NCBI GenBank assembly: GCA_043228905.1
Contig: JBHGNT010000020.1
Location: 5,022,001-5,086,000 of the forward strand
DNA length: 64,000 nucleotides
From: Azolla caroliniana
Taxonomy: Eukaryota; Plantae; Polypodiophyta
Direction of reading: 5' to 3'
Position numbers and translations under genes: made by a program. Shown here in pieces: positions 63,197 to 64,000 of the stretch. Positions within the stretch are counted from its first letter, which is position 1. Every line of letters starts with the position of its first letter. The notes beneath the pieces were generated by a model that saw nothing but the letters and a program-made list of their open reading frames with translations, ran no database searches and had not been told where the DNA came from.

Positions 63197-64000
63197 TGTT
63201 GGGAATATGTCCCTCTAGTGGGAGGAGCCGACTGTTCGGGCCAAGAAGAGCCGACAGTCAAAGAGTCGACAATGGAGAGTCGGTTGAATAATTATCGATT
63301 ATTGTTACAATAATAATAATAATAGATATAGTAAAGATGTGTAGTAGGGCTACACTTGTAAATAGCCCATATGATGTATGAGTATAAATACATCTAGGGA
63401 AAAAACATAGTCGAGAGAGTTGAATAGAATATGTAGTTAGCCTTTGTTGGTGTTAGCTACAGAGAAGAGAGAGAGAGAGAGCGAGAGAGAGAAGAGTGTG
63501 AGAGTGGCGCCATAGTTGTGTTCGTAACAACAGACGCCAAGAGCCCTGTAAAGCTGATACACTCCTCCATCGAGAGAGTGTTGTAATCTTCTCCCTTGTA
63601 CATCCACTGTATGGTGAAGTCTTGTTCTCCCGTGGTTTTCTCCCGTTTTAGGGTTTCCACGTAAAACTGTGTACACTATTGATGTGTGTGTTCGGAGTTG
63701 TGTATTTCTGTGTATTCTTCTTGAAGAGTAAACGATTGTTTTCTGCACAAACTAGTATTAGAGCTTGAGGAGCAAGCATGGAAGGAGGTGTGAGTGGCTT
63801 CCTAGGTATGATAGTTCTAAACTCTCAGAACTATGCAGACTGGAAGATAAAGATGGAGGACCTTCTCATAGTCAAAGATGTGTACGAGCCGATCGACAGA
63901 GCATAAATACCCACATGGGTATTAGAGTCAGAATGGAAAATTCTTAACATAAAGGTGGTGGCCACCATCCGACAGTGCGTCGATGTAAGTGTCCATCAGC
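63197..64000 (+). mobile_element. Tnt1/Tork-like Copia 5' end (LTR 63197-63749, degenerate PBS, gag ATG 63778), runs off the window
   Basis: gag MEGGVSGFLGMIVLNSQNYADWKIKMEDLL, homologous to 26604-26852. Confidence 0.88.

Overview
Eukaryotic plant genomic DNA, most likely a fern or other seed-free vascular plant (inferred from the retrotransposon families; not provable here). About 85% of the window is a stack of nested, mostly decayed LTR retrotransposons: several Ty1/Copia families, a chromovirus, non-chromovirus Ty3/Gypsy elements and a gag-only element. It also holds one hAT-type non-autonomous DNA element and a LINE fragment. One host gene is clear: a 3-exon LSM6 (52637-54765, +). A second, poorly supported gene lies on the minus strand at the left edge. 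Four elements are complete with target-site duplications (TSDs): Copia 9438-14800 (GGAAC), Copia 16184-26469 (CCCAT), chromovirus 44090-51101 (TTGAA) and hAT 23793-24631 (ATCTGAGC). The most unusual signals are: a tRNA-Trp-primed LTR lineage with an antisense tRNA-like Pol III promoter in U3, including a gag-only member; recurrent ACGT at the junctions of LTRs with TGTCG/CGACA-type ends; an in-frame Copia-gag/Gypsy-RT fusion; a repeat-spacer hairpin array and conserved leader in the chromovirus; and its TG...TA termini. All alignments and counts were made by eye.
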